DNA of 64,000 bases from Candidatus Micrarchaeota archaeon (GTDB lineage Archaea > Micrarchaeota > Micrarchaeia > Anstonellales > Bilamarchaeaceae), in the NCBI GenBank assembly GCA_040753215.1, contig JBFMEZ010000029.1:29394-93393 (forward strand), in the 5' to 3' direction. The translations under genes and the position numbers were made by a program. Within the stretch, counting starts at the first letter, position 1. Every line of letters starts with the position of its first letter. A model generated the notes under the pieces. That model was not told the origin of the DNA and made no database searches. It saw only the letters and a list, made by a program, of their open reading frames with translations. Shown here one piece after another: positions 44,960 to 54,188 of the stretch.

Positions 44960-46249
44960 ATGGAAACCCTCCTCACAGAGCAGAACCCCTGGTGGCACGA
45001 CAGGAACGCAATATCCGCGGACAGGGACATTGTGAATTACAGCAACGCAAGCTTCAAGATCCCCCTCCCGGCCCTGCGCGCCGAAAAGGGTGTCATCGTA
45101 ATCCGCGGCCCGAGGCAGGTCGGGAAAACCACGTTCCTCAAGCACCTTGCCGCAAAGGAGATAGGCCTTCTGGGCCCGAGGCAGGTCTTCTATTTCAGCG
45201 CGGAGAGCGGCTACCCTCTGGACAAGGCGCTCAGGGAATTCCTTGATTTCTCCGGCGAGGGCAAGAGGGTGCTTCTCATAGACGAGGCGACCGAAGACAA
45301 GGAATGGGCGACCAAGGTGAAATACCTGCTTGATTCGGGCAAGATGCGGGAAAGCGACCTCATCGTAATCACCGGCTCCTCTTCGGTGGACCTGAAAGCT
45401 GGGGCGGACAGGCTCCCCGGCCGCGGCGTGGAAGGCAACGAATTCCTGTTCTTTCCCTATTCGTTCCGGGACTTCTTTCCATCCAACCCGGAGGGCTGCG
45501 GCCTCGCGGATTTCAGCGAAAAGGCGGCGAAGGAACTCGCCCTTGACCCCCAAAACAGCATAATGTTTGCCAAGTACATCTCAAACGGCGGGCTCCCTTC
45601 GGTCTGGAACACCGAGCGCGAGCTCGCGAGGGAGAGGTACGCCAGGTGGATAGAAGGGTTCATCTCAAAGAACGGCCGCTCCATACTCTATGCCCGCGAG
45701 ATTCTCGCGAAGCTGGCGGAAAAAACAACGTTCGATTTCATGGGGCTGGCGAGGGAGACGAGCATCTCCTCCCACCACACGATAGAGGGCTACGTCTCCT
45801 TCTTCGAGGCCGGCATGCTCGGCAGGCTTCTCTACAACTACAACCTGGCCACCTCTTCGCCAGACCCGAAGAAGGAGAAGAAATTCGTCTTCATAGACCC
45901 GTTCATCTCCCAGATATTCATCAGCAAACGGGAGGAGCCCTTCCTCGTGGAGGATATAGTCGGCTCGCACCTCCTGCGCGCCTGCGACGAGCTCTATTTC
46001 CACAGGGACAAGAAGGGCGAGGTGGACTTTCTTTGCAAGGCAGGCGGGAAGCTGGTTCCCGTAGAGGTGAAGTGGCAGGAGAAGGTTGCCGAGTCGGATG
46101 CCCGGAACCTCAAAAAGTTCGGCGGCGGCTTCCTGCTCACAAAGGATTTCTCTGGCAGGTTCGGCAACGTGCTTGCAGTGCCGGTGCCCGTTTTCCTCAG
46201 GATGATTGGAAGAACGATGGCCATAAGGAAGCCACTAGGCCAATTCTGA
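44960..46249 (+). CDS. AAA-family ATPase with C-terminal DUF4143-like domain
   Basis: ..NPWW.. N-terminal signature, GPRQVGKTT Walker A, LLIDE Walker B; ORF 44921-46249. Confidence 0.65.
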   Translation: METLLTEQNPWWHDRNAISADRDIVNYSNASFKIPLPALRAEKGVIVIRGPRQVGKTTFLKHLAAKEIGLLGPRQVFYFSAESGYPLDKALREFLDFSGEGKRVLLIDEATEDKEWATKVKYLLDSGKMRESDLIVITGSSSVDLKAGADRLPGRGVEGNEFLFFPYSFRDFFPSNPEGCGLADFSEKAAKELALDPQNSIMFAKYISNGGLPSVWNTERELARERYARWIEGFISKNGRSILYAREILAKLAEKTTFDFMGLARETSISSHHTIEGYVSFFEAGMLGRLLYNYNLATSSPDPKKEKKFVFIDPFISQIFISKREEPFLVEDIVGSHLLRACDELYFHRDKKGEVDFLCKAGGKLVPVEVKWQEKVAESDARNLKKFGGGFLLTKDFSGRFGNVLAVPVPVFLRMIGRTMAIRKPLGQF

Positions 46250-46289
46250 ACGGTTGCCATGATGCTTTCCCTATTCAACCCGGCGCCTT

Positions 46290-46324
46290 TCCCTCGCCGT
46301 CTGGAAAGTCCTTCGGAAGCTCTA
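46290..46324 (+). pseudogene. remnant of the 3' end of a paralog of the HTH_10 regulator gene
   Basis: CTCGCCGTCTGGAAAGTCCTTCGGAAGCTCTAA (..LAVWKVLRKL*) vs 44792-44824 CCCGTCTTCTGGAAAGTCCTCCGGAAGCTCTGA (..PVFWKVLRKL*). Confidence 0.55.
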
Positions 46325-46384
46325 AAACCGCTCCACAGCGGCTCTAGTATTATCTACCACTTGCCTCGGATGTATATTCATGAA
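46324..46384 (+). promoter_or_regulatory. duplicated promoter/5'-leader block, copy 1 (ACAGCGGCTCTAnTAnTATCTACCAnTTGC..TATGTATA..ATGAA)
   Basis: ~60-nt block repeated at 47265-47326, each ending at the start codon of a different gene. Confidence 0.55.
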
Positions 46385-46742
46385 CTTAGATGCCAGAAAG
46401 CTAACCGGTCCGGACAAGCAGATTGCCGCAGGCCAGCAACAGCAGGGTCCCCGCAAAAGCGTATTCGCGAGGGCAGTTCCTATTGTAGCCCCTCCCTTAA
46501 TTACTGGTTTTCTGCTTGGTTTTGGAATAATGTATTTCTCGCCTTCCAAGCACAAGTCCGAAAGCCAACCAGCAGCCCCCCAGCCAACAAAGAGCATTCA
46601 TCCGGATTGCGATCCGGAGCATGCGCCTCCCGAATCGGGGCAGTATTATTTTGATGAGCGCGGTCGCGTTCATGAGGGTTACAGGATAGTTGACGGGCAC
46701 GGTCGCGTCATCCGCTTCTGCCCGCCCACCTGGGGCAGGTAG
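46380..46742 (+). CDS. small membrane-anchored hypothetical protein
   Basis: 120 aa; one TM (PLITGFLLGFGIMYF). Confidence 0.4.
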   Translation: MNLDARKLTGPDKQIAAGQQQQGPRKSVFARAVPIVAPPLITGFLLGFGIMYFSPSKHKSESQPAAPQPTKSIHPDCDPEHAPPESGQYYFDERGRVHEGYRIVDGHGRVIRFCPPTWGR

Positions 46743-46748
46743 ATTCCT

Positions 46749-47240
46749 ATGGGTATAACCATGAACACAAATATCAAAGACCTCAGCTACGAAGAGCGAT
46801 GCAGGAATGAGCACTTCATAGACAATGTCGGCGCTGATGAGCGCCTGTCCCAATCTTTTCGCCAAGAGGCGTGTGAGTTCGCTAAACAGAACGGAATAGC
46901 TCTCACAGATGAGGCACATGTGCGCCGCCTGTTCGCTTATCTGAGGGACCAGGGAAAAATAGAACGGCTGATAAAAAGGGAAGCCGGGGACTGGGTAGGG
47001 TTCAGCCGCTATGGCACGACCGGGGACGTCGAAAGGGCAGTCTCTCTCGCAAGGCACAAGCTCTATATGGTTAAGGACGGCCTTGACGCAAGAATGCTGT
47101 TTGACGACGCTTGGAGGTTTTTCGGCCATCCTTCCAACGATTTGGAACGTCCTTACCGGCTTCGGGACAGGTTCTCGCGCTGGCTGGACCGCAAGCTGCA
47201 ACAGATGGAAGCGGCGCCCGGCGGCAGAATCCGGCGCTAA
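46749..47240 (+). CDS. hypothetical protein
   Basis: 163 aa. Confidence 0.4.
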   Translation: MGITMNTNIKDLSYEERCRNEHFIDNVGADERLSQSFRQEACEFAKQNGIALTDEAHVRRLFAYLRDQGKIERLIKREAGDWVGFSRYGTTGDVERAVSLARHKLYMVKDGLDARMLFDDAWRFFGHPSNDLERPYRLRDRFSRWLDRKLQQMEAAPGGRIRR

Positions 47241-47264
47241 AACTCACGCCGATGCCTGCCAATA

Positions 47265-47326
47265 AACCCGCCGTACAGCGGCTCTACTAATATCTACCAA
47301 TTGCAGAGTATGTATAATTATGAATC
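47265..47326 (+). promoter_or_regulatory. duplicated promoter/5'-leader block, copy 2, driving aminotransferase-P1-P2 operon
   Basis: See 46324-46384. Confidence 0.55.
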
Positions 47327-48576
47327 ATAGTGCAAGATACATAAAGAGATCAAGCGCGGATATAATGGAAGTAGTTCGCGGATTTGATCGTTACCACAGA
47401 ATGTTCAGGGAGTATACACAAAGAGGTGGAAAGGTTGGAAGTTCTTTAGACCGGGGGGCATTCACCCGCCCTCACGAGGTATTGCCTGAAGAAGCACGTT
47501 TTCTTCTTGGTGAGGGGCGGAGGAGCGGATCTTTTGCATATGGTCCGGAAGCAGGAGATGACAAATTAAGAGAAAAAATAGCGGAGGTTGAAAATAGGCG
47601 CCATGGAACTTTCTATTCGCCAGATAACGTTGCTATGCTTCCAGGTGCTTGGTCAGGAATAGTATTTGCGATAGAAGAGATCCTGAATCTAAAAAATGGA
47701 AAGATGAATAAAGAAAAAATAGCAATTATAGGGCCAACTTTATACCTGATGTTTCAGCGCATTATCAGAGACTATGGCATCGAAGTAAATGCGTATGATT
47801 TTGTAGTCCCTGGGACAGAGCGCGTCCCAACAAGTATGGATGATATGGAGTGTGTCTTTGCCGATAGACCGAAAATGATTGTAATCACAAACCCAAACAA
47901 TCCGGATGGCAAATACTTTCCACCTGCTTTACTAAGAGAGGTTATTGAAAGGGCAGGCCAAGAAGGAATTTACATCATTATGGATGAGATTCAAAACTGT
48001 TTCCCCCGCCGTGCTCGTATAGGGTACAGTTCATGGATTCAAGCGCCAAACGTAGTCCGTATGGATTCTGCTTCAAAAGCGTATGCGCTTGCAGAATACA
48101 AGACCGGATGGATGATCGCAGAACCGAGGCTGCTTGGCGACAGAATGGATGGAATTATAAGTCGTATGAGCGGGATTATGGGTAATGCTCCAAGAGCCGC
48201 AAATACGGCGTTACTTTACTTGCTTAATAGGGAATTGGAAAGAATTGCGACAGGAGTAGACTATTTATCATCTGTTCATGCAAAATTAACCAGAAAAGAA
48301 GAATTTGTCCTGGCTCATTTGGCAGCCATGGACAACATCATAGAAATAATTTTGCCACACGCCTGCATCAACCTTACGGTGCAGGTTGCATTTGATGGGA
48401 CCGATATGGAGCTAGCGAAAATATTGATGGAGAACGGAACACTTCTGATGCCTGCTAGCGGATATGGCCATAGCATAAGTCCGCCCACCCTGCGCATCAC
48501 TTTTGCAGAAAGGCAAGAAAAAGTGGAGCATTCCATGGCTGTTTTAGAGCGTGTACTTGGAGGTTATGTTTCATGA
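47320..48576 (+). CDS. PLP-dependent aminotransferase (class I/II fold)
   Basis: 418 aa; AT-rich; ..DSASKAYALAEYKTGWM.. Lys region; ATGA overlap with next gene. Confidence 0.6.
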   Translation: MNHSARYIKRSSADIMEVVRGFDRYHRMFREYTQRGGKVGSSLDRGAFTRPHEVLPEEARFLLGEGRRSGSFAYGPEAGDDKLREKIAEVENRRHGTFYSPDNVAMLPGAWSGIVFAIEEILNLKNGKMNKEKIAIIGPTLYLMFQRIIRDYGIEVNAYDFVVPGTERVPTSMDDMECVFADRPKMIVITNPNNPDGKYFPPALLREVIERAGQEGIYIIMDEIQNCFPRRARIGYSSWIQAPNVVRMDSASKAYALAEYKTGWMIAEPRLLGDRMDGIISRMSGIMGNAPRAANTALLYLLNRELERIATGVDYLSSVHAKLTRKEEFVLAHLAAMDNIIEIILPHACINLTVQVAFDGTDMELAKILMENGTLLMPASGYGHSISPPTLRITFAERQEKVEHSMAVLERVLGGYVS

Positions 48577-50147
48577 GCGATATCCTTCCCTATGATATCC
48601 TGAACAAGGGCTGGAAAGCCACCTGCAAAATCCTCTTAGGCGAGGAAATAGGCGAGCTCAGCGATTACAGGGAATGGCTCTCGGAGTTCCTTCCTCCCAC
48701 CGGAAAAACCCATTCCCACCTCTCCGGAAAGGAAGTAACCCTCGCCATGGATGCCTACTGCCCAAAATCCAGGTTCATCTCTTCCGATGAAATAAAGGAA
48801 AAGAAGCTCGCCCCCCTCTCCATAGACCAGGTAAAGGACATAGATTCCATCGCAGAAGCAATCTCAGAAAGATGGGAATACACCGGAAACAGGGTCCTCG
48901 GCAATTCCTCTTCTGTAGATTCCTCCGACCTGGTAATGGATTCCCAGTTCGTCTCCGGCTCCACCAACATCCAGCAGTCCTCCTACGTTTATTCCTCTGC
49001 CCTCGCCCGCATGGGCAGCAAATACATCTACGGCTCCCACGGCTTCGCCCAGGGCGAGTTCCTCATCCGCCACTGCGCGGGCTTCAACCTCAAGCGCCAG
49101 TTCGAGACCCACTTCATAACCGACAGCAGTGACCTCTATTTCGCATTCAACTGCATAGGCTGCAGCGAGCTCCTCTTCTCCTTCTTCCAGCGCAACAAGC
49201 GCCATTGCATAGGAAATCTCCAGCTTCCCAAGGAGAAATATCTCTCCCTCAAGAAGAAGCTCCTGTCCGAAGTGGCCTCCGAGCTTAAGAGAAACAAGCG
49301 CTTCCCATCCCTTTTCCACCTGGTTCCGAACAGCAAGCCTCGCCATTCCCTTTCCATCCCGCAATCCAGGCCCAAAGAGGACATGCCCGCAATAGACAAA
49401 GCGTTCTCCTCCGCCTTCAAGGTCATTTTCAGAAAGGATGCGCAATCCGTATTCCCATACGAAAAATGGCTCTCCCGCCAGCTCCTCGGCATAAGCGAGA
49501 TAAAGTCCCCCTTCGGCCACAAGACCTGTTTCCCAGAGACCAAGGCAATGTTCCTCTTCTTCACCGCCCCCCGCAGCCGCATGGTCTCCCTTGCCGAAGG
49601 GATGGAACTCGGAAAGCGCCACCTCGAAGAGCCGCAGCTCTCCTCCCTTTCCAGCATAATAGATAATCTGGGTGAAATCGGCTATTTCACAGCCGAATTC
49701 CTGGACGGCCCGGTCACCAACGCCATAAGCACGCCCATCGCCTACTATTCCTCCAACGTCTACAAGGCGCTGGACGCAACCCATTCCGAATACTCGGGCC
49801 TCTCCTCCCAGGTGCTGAACTCAAAATACTGCTTCGGCGGCTTCCGCATATTGGAGTCCCAGTTCTGCCTCAACTGCTACAATTCCCTCAATCTTTCCCG
49901 TTGCCTGGAAGTGGACACTTCCGAGAAATGCTCCGACTCCCTCTTCTGCCACAACTCCGAAGGGCTCGCGGAATGCATGTTTTGCTTCAATCTTAAGGGG
50001 AAGAGGTATGCAATAGGCAATTCGCCCCTTCCGCCGCAGGAATATCTCAAGGTGAAGGATTCCCTTCTTTCCCAGATGGCCGATGAACTGGAGCGCAACC
50101 ACTTGCTCCCCTACGACATATTCAACATCGGCTGTGCAGGTGCATGA
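48573..50147 (+). CDS. Cys-containing internally duplicated repeat protein, family member P1 (unknown function)
   Basis: 524 aa; N-term WKATCKILLGEEIGEL..EWLSE; halves end in C.GCSE..FSFNxRxKRHxIGN..LPxxKY and CxN....C.MFCFNxKxKRYAIGNSxLP motifs; C-term DIFNIGC. Confidence 0.5.
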   Translation: MSDILPYDILNKGWKATCKILLGEEIGELSDYREWLSEFLPPTGKTHSHLSGKEVTLAMDAYCPKSRFISSDEIKEKKLAPLSIDQVKDIDSIAEAISERWEYTGNRVLGNSSSVDSSDLVMDSQFVSGSTNIQQSSYVYSSALARMGSKYIYGSHGFAQGEFLIRHCAGFNLKRQFETHFITDSSDLYFAFNCIGCSELLFSFFQRNKRHCIGNLQLPKEKYLSLKKKLLSEVASELKRNKRFPSLFHLVPNSKPRHSLSIPQSRPKEDMPAIDKAFSSAFKVIFRKDAQSVFPYEKWLSRQLLGISEIKSPFGHKTCFPETKAMFLFFTAPRSRMVSLAEGMELGKRHLEEPQLSSLSSIIDNLGEIGYFTAEFLDGPVTNAISTPIAYYSSNVYKALDATHSEYSGLSSQVLNSKYCFGGFRILESQFCLNCYNSLNLSRCLEVDTSEKCSDSLFCHNSEGLAECMFCFNLKGKRYAIGNSPLPPQEYLKVKDSLLSQMADELERNHLLPYDIFNIGCAGA

Positions 50148-50148
50148 T

Positions 50149-51726
50149 ATGGACACATACGAAGCCCTCAACCGCTCCTGGAAATCCCTCTGCCGCCTTC
50201 TTCTGGGCGAAGAGATAGGCGAGATGAAAGAATACGAGAAATGGCTCACCCAATACCTTGAGCCCATGCGCGTGGAGCGCTCTGCAATCTCAGGCAAGGA
50301 TGTATATGTAGCGGTTCCAGAATACTGCAAAGATGCAAAATTCATCTCCCTAGAAGACACTCAATCTTCCAAGCCCGCCCCCCTCTCCATCAACGAAATC
50401 AAGGACATAGACTCAATAATGGAATCCCTCCGCGAGCGCTTCCTCTACTCCGGCAACGTCATCCTTTCCAATTCCCGCGATGTTTCCCAGAGCACCAACA
50501 TCCAGAACTCCTTCCACGTGCTCCGCTCCAACTTCATCTGGGATTCCGAATACATTGGCTACTCCTCCATGGTCCGCGGCGGCAAGCATCTTATTGGAGT
50601 AAACAACGACGCCTACTCCTCATTCATGCTCAGCAGCATGGAAACCTACAAGAACAGCCGCTGCCTGGAGCTGTGGGAATCCTTCGACTGCACCGAATCC
50701 TATTTTGTGTTCGGCTCATGGAACTGCCAGAACATCCTTTTCTCCTTCAACCAGCGCAACAGGCGCAACGTAATCGGAAACATCGAGCTCCCGCGCGACA
50801 AATTCCTTTCCCTCAAGAGCAAGTTAATAGAAGAGATGCGCGATGAGCTGAAGCGCAACAAATCCCTGCCTTCTCTCTTTGAAATCGCATCTGCCAACCT
50901 GAGGAGATCGAAAATACCCGCCGGCTTCCATACTGAAGAGATGCAGGAAGGCACGGACAAGGGCATAATAGAGGACGCATTCCGCAAGACCACGAAAATA
51001 GTCTTCGGGAAAGAGCTGCAGGACATGGATGCCTATGGGGATTGGCTCCTGCGCCACGTGATAAAAACGAAACCCGCTGTTTCCGCAGCCACGGGCAGGC
51101 CCACCTCCCTGAGCTCACACGCCCCTTACAAATTCTATCCAAGGAACCGTCTCGTGAAGATGAATGAGGCAGTGAAGCTCGGCGAAATCCTCCATATGGA
51201 TGAATCTGACATCCACTCGCTCGATTCCCTCAAGGACTCCCTCTGGAAAATCGCGTTCTTCTGCTCCGAGATAATGCTCGGCGAAAACAAAAACCTGATT
51301 GGAGTGATGCTCGCCAACCAGTCCAGCAACTGCTACAATGGTTCGGTCTATTCCTATGATGAATACTGCGGCTTCTCCTTCTGGCCAAGGGACTCCAAAT
51401 ATATGTTCGGCTCATCTATGGCCTTCTCCTCCAATTTCTGCATCAACGCCTACAATTCCCTCAACCTCTCGCGCTGTTTTGAGGTGGACGGCTGCAGCAG
51501 CTCCTCCGACCTCTACTTCTCCCACAACTGCGAGAACGCGCAGGACGCGATGTTCTGCTTCAATTCCAAGAATCTTAAGCACTCGATAGGCAATTCCGCG
51601 CTCCCGCCCGATAAATACAAGTCCCTGAAATCCTCGCTCCTCTCCCAAATCTCAGACGAGCTTGAGAAGACCAAATCCCTCAGATGGGACATCTTCAACC
51701 TGGGCTGTCCAAAGGTGCCATCCTGA
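50149..51726 (+). CDS. Cys-containing repeat protein, family member P2
   Basis: ~525 aa; same architecture as P1; start overlapping P1 stop. Confidence 0.5.
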   Translation: MDTYEALNRSWKSLCRLLLGEEIGEMKEYEKWLTQYLEPMRVERSAISGKDVYVAVPEYCKDAKFISLEDTQSSKPAPLSINEIKDIDSIMESLRERFLYSGNVILSNSRDVSQSTNIQNSFHVLRSNFIWDSEYIGYSSMVRGGKHLIGVNNDAYSSFMLSSMETYKNSRCLELWESFDCTESYFVFGSWNCQNILFSFNQRNRRNVIGNIELPRDKFLSLKSKLIEEMRDELKRNKSLPSLFEIASANLRRSKIPAGFHTEEMQEGTDKGIIEDAFRKTTKIVFGKELQDMDAYGDWLLRHVIKTKPAVSAATGRPTSLSSHAPYKFYPRNRLVKMNEAVKLGEILHMDESDIHSLDSLKDSLWKIAFFCSEIMLGENKNLIGVMLANQSSNCYNGSVYSYDEYCGFSFWPRDSKYMFGSSMAFSSNFCINAYNSLNLSRCFEVDGCSSSSDLYFSHNCENAQDAMFCFNSKNLKHSIGNSALPPDKYKSLKSSLLSQISDELEKTKSLRWDIFNLGCPKVPS

Positions 51727-51744
51727 ACCCGCAAACAATGGTGT

Positions 51745-53292
51745 TCAGGAAATGCCGGCAAGTTCATCATAGTACTTAATGCGCGGGTTCGCCTTGAAAA
51801 GAGCCTGCAGCTCCCCAATCCGTGCGCGCCTTTCCTCAGGAGCCAGGCCCAGCCACATCGGCATATCTTCTCTTCTCAATACGCCCAACATCTGTTCTGT
51901 GCATAAGCCGGTCATCAGCATCTGCAGAAGAGTGAGGTATGCACGGTCATCCTCTATATTGGGCCAGAGCCATTCAGCATGACGGGTGTGGTCCTGGAAT
52001 TCGCTGTCGAGGATTTGCCTGTATCCGGGCAGTGCGTTGAGTCCTGTGCCCAGCTCCTCAAACGTTTTCGTAAGCCTGTAGCCAACGAACAAATGCAGAT
52101 TGTGCATCTGCGTATCAAAAGGGGGCGTCAGCCTGAGTATCGTTTCTATTGTTTGCCGCATATCTTCTGCTGTTTCAAACGGGCTGTTGATTATGAAATC
52201 AATAGCTGGGGTGTCAATCCGGCCCTCCCTGGCAGCTTTGGCAGTGAACTCCGCCATATGCCTTATCGCCTCAAATGATGTTCCCAGCCTTCTATAATGC
52301 CTAAGCGCTTCCCTGCCTCCGCTCTGGTAACCGAAGTTCACCTGCTTCAAACCAGCGTCGATAAGTGCGCCAACCAGCTCTCCATTGAAGACAAAGGTCA
52401 TCGGGCTGAAGTACGCGAAAAACGGCCGTCTTATCTCTGATTTCCAGAAAGCGCAGAATAGCCCGAGCTCATCTTTCCCGGCTCTTTTCCCGTCCAGGAA
52501 CCTGGGGAGGAAATCGTCGTCAAAGAATACGACGTAGTCTATCAGGGGGTATTTTGTTACCATTTCCTTGACCCATTCCAGAAGTTTCGGCGTGCTCAAT
52601 CGCCCTGGCGGGCCGCCATGGGTTTTGTCGAATGCGTTGAGCCTGTGGTTTATGCAATAGGCGCAGCTGAACCTGCATCTGCGGTCAGTAAACAGCCAGA
52701 GCGGGTATCTGGGCCCAATGATTGAAAAGTTATCGATGGCTGCAAACTCTTCTTCTGGCCGATCTATCTGGTGGATTGCACCGCCCCTCAGCACATAATG
52801 CATCCCTTTGGTAAAATCATAGTCCGGAGGCTGGATGGAATCGTGCCTTGGCGTAGCAGTTTCGAATTCCGGCGGAATCCTTTGACCTGCCTCCAGCATC
52901 CTTATCGCTTCTGGAAGCCAGATTTCGCCTTCCTGGTGGCAAACTGCATCAGCACCCATTTCATAGAATAATTGAGGTGATGCGAATGCCTGCACGCCCC
53001 CGACCAAGACAGGTTTCGCGGCAAGTTCCGGAGTGCTTTTAAGGAGGCGAATTAGCTGCCGTGCGCGCTCTACCCCGATTGCAGCCACGGATATCCCAAT
53101 CCAGTCATCCTTCTCCACCGCCGTTTTTATCGCTGCAAGCTCCGCTTCATCATATAAGCTGTGGGCTGGAACTTTATTGAGGAAATAAAGTTTAGGCGGC
53201 CTGCCTGTTTCCTTCTCAAGGGCGCTGGAAAGATGCCTTGCGCCAAGCCCTCCTTTCTGAGGTATCAGTATTGAACCATTCATCTGTTTCAT
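51745..53292 (-). CDS. B12-binding radical SAM protein
   Basis: 515 aa; N-terminal B12-binding-like region, CRFSCAYC (Cx3Cx2C). Confidence 0.65.
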   Translation of the reverse strand: MKQMNGSILIPQKGGLGARHLSSALEKETGRPPKLYFLNKVPAHSLYDEAELAAIKTAVEKDDWIGISVAAIGVERARQLIRLLKSTPELAAKPVLVGGVQAFASPQLFYEMGADAVCHQEGEIWLPEAIRMLEAGQRIPPEFETATPRHDSIQPPDYDFTKGMHYVLRGGAIHQIDRPEEEFAAIDNFSIIGPRYPLWLFTDRRCRFSCAYCINHRLNAFDKTHGGPPGRLSTPKLLEWVKEMVTKYPLIDYVVFFDDDFLPRFLDGKRAGKDELGLFCAFWKSEIRRPFFAYFSPMTFVFNGELVGALIDAGLKQVNFGYQSGGREALRHYRRLGTSFEAIRHMAEFTAKAAREGRIDTPAIDFIINSPFETAEDMRQTIETILRLTPPFDTQMHNLHLFVGYRLTKTFEELGTGLNALPGYRQILDSEFQDHTRHAEWLWPNIEDDRAYLTLLQMLMTGLCTEQMLGVLRREDMPMWLGLAPEERRARIGELQALFKANPRIKYYDELAGIS

Positions 53293-54056
53293 AGATATTC
53301 ACCTGGCACTTCCGCCACTATCACATAGTCCCCTGCCTGCTGGTCTTCAAATTGAAAGGTGGTGGGCCATACTTTTGTCTGCCTGAGCACCACAAATCCC
53401 GCCCTCCCAAGATCTCCCATGAAGCGGGCGTAATCCACCTTCCATTCGTATTCCCGCCCCACTTCGAAATCCATCACCTGGTGAAGCAGCCCGATCACGT
53501 CCTCATCCATGCCCAGGGCTCGCGCCTCTTCAATGCGCTTCCCGTAGAAAAGCCGGGCGGCATCTGCATGCCCAGCCTCATCCGCATATGCGGGAAGTAT
53601 ATTCTCTGCGAAAACAACCCGCCCATCAAATTTCATGTGTTTTATGACCGTGCGCAGGAAACGCATCTTCCTTTCATCTTCTATATGATGGTAGGCCGAG
53701 CTGGCAATCACTACGTCTGCGGTGGCTCCCAAATGGCAATCTACCGCATCCCCGAGCACGAGCCGGACCCCTTCAACTCCGGCCAGCCTTTCTTTTGCGA
53801 AATCAAGGTATGACTGCTCAATATCAATCCCAATGAAACGACCGATCTTAGGCTCCGGAAGCATGCGGCTGAAGATTTCGCACGTGCCGCAGCATAAATC
53901 TACTATTGTGGCCGTGCGCAGACGTACAAGTTCCGCCCTTACTTCCTCCTTTGCCTTCTCGTAAAGCGCCTGCTCTCCCGGAACGCTTTCCACCTTTTGG
54001 AAAAGGCGGGCGTTTTTTGAATAAACGGCAGCCTGAAGGGGTTTTGTCTTCATCAT
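53289..54056 (-). CDS. class I SAM-dependent methyltransferase
   Basis: 255 aa; VDLCCGTCE motif I, GIDIEQ, VVIASSAYHH; 4-nt overlap with radical SAM gene. Confidence 0.65.
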   Translation of the reverse strand: MMKTKPLQAAVYSKNARLFQKVESVPGEQALYEKAKEEVRAELVRLRTATIVDLCCGTCEIFSRMLPEPKIGRFIGIDIEQSYLDFAKERLAGVEGVRLVLGDAVDCHLGATADVVIASSAYHHIEDERKMRFLRTVIKHMKFDGRVVFAENILPAYADEAGHADAARLFYGKRIEEARALGMDEDVIGLLHQVMDFEVGREYEWKVDYARFMGDLGRAGFVVLRQTKVWPTTFQFEDQQAGDYVIVAEVPGEYL

Positions 54057-54188
54057 TTTTCATCATCGTTCTTGCGGCTTTATCCGCTTTTCTGAACTTA
54101 CTACCACTCATCATATATTAATAATCTTTGATTAAAAAATCTAGAAAAATTACAAAGATTTAAGAAATATTGTAGGTATAATAGAAAT

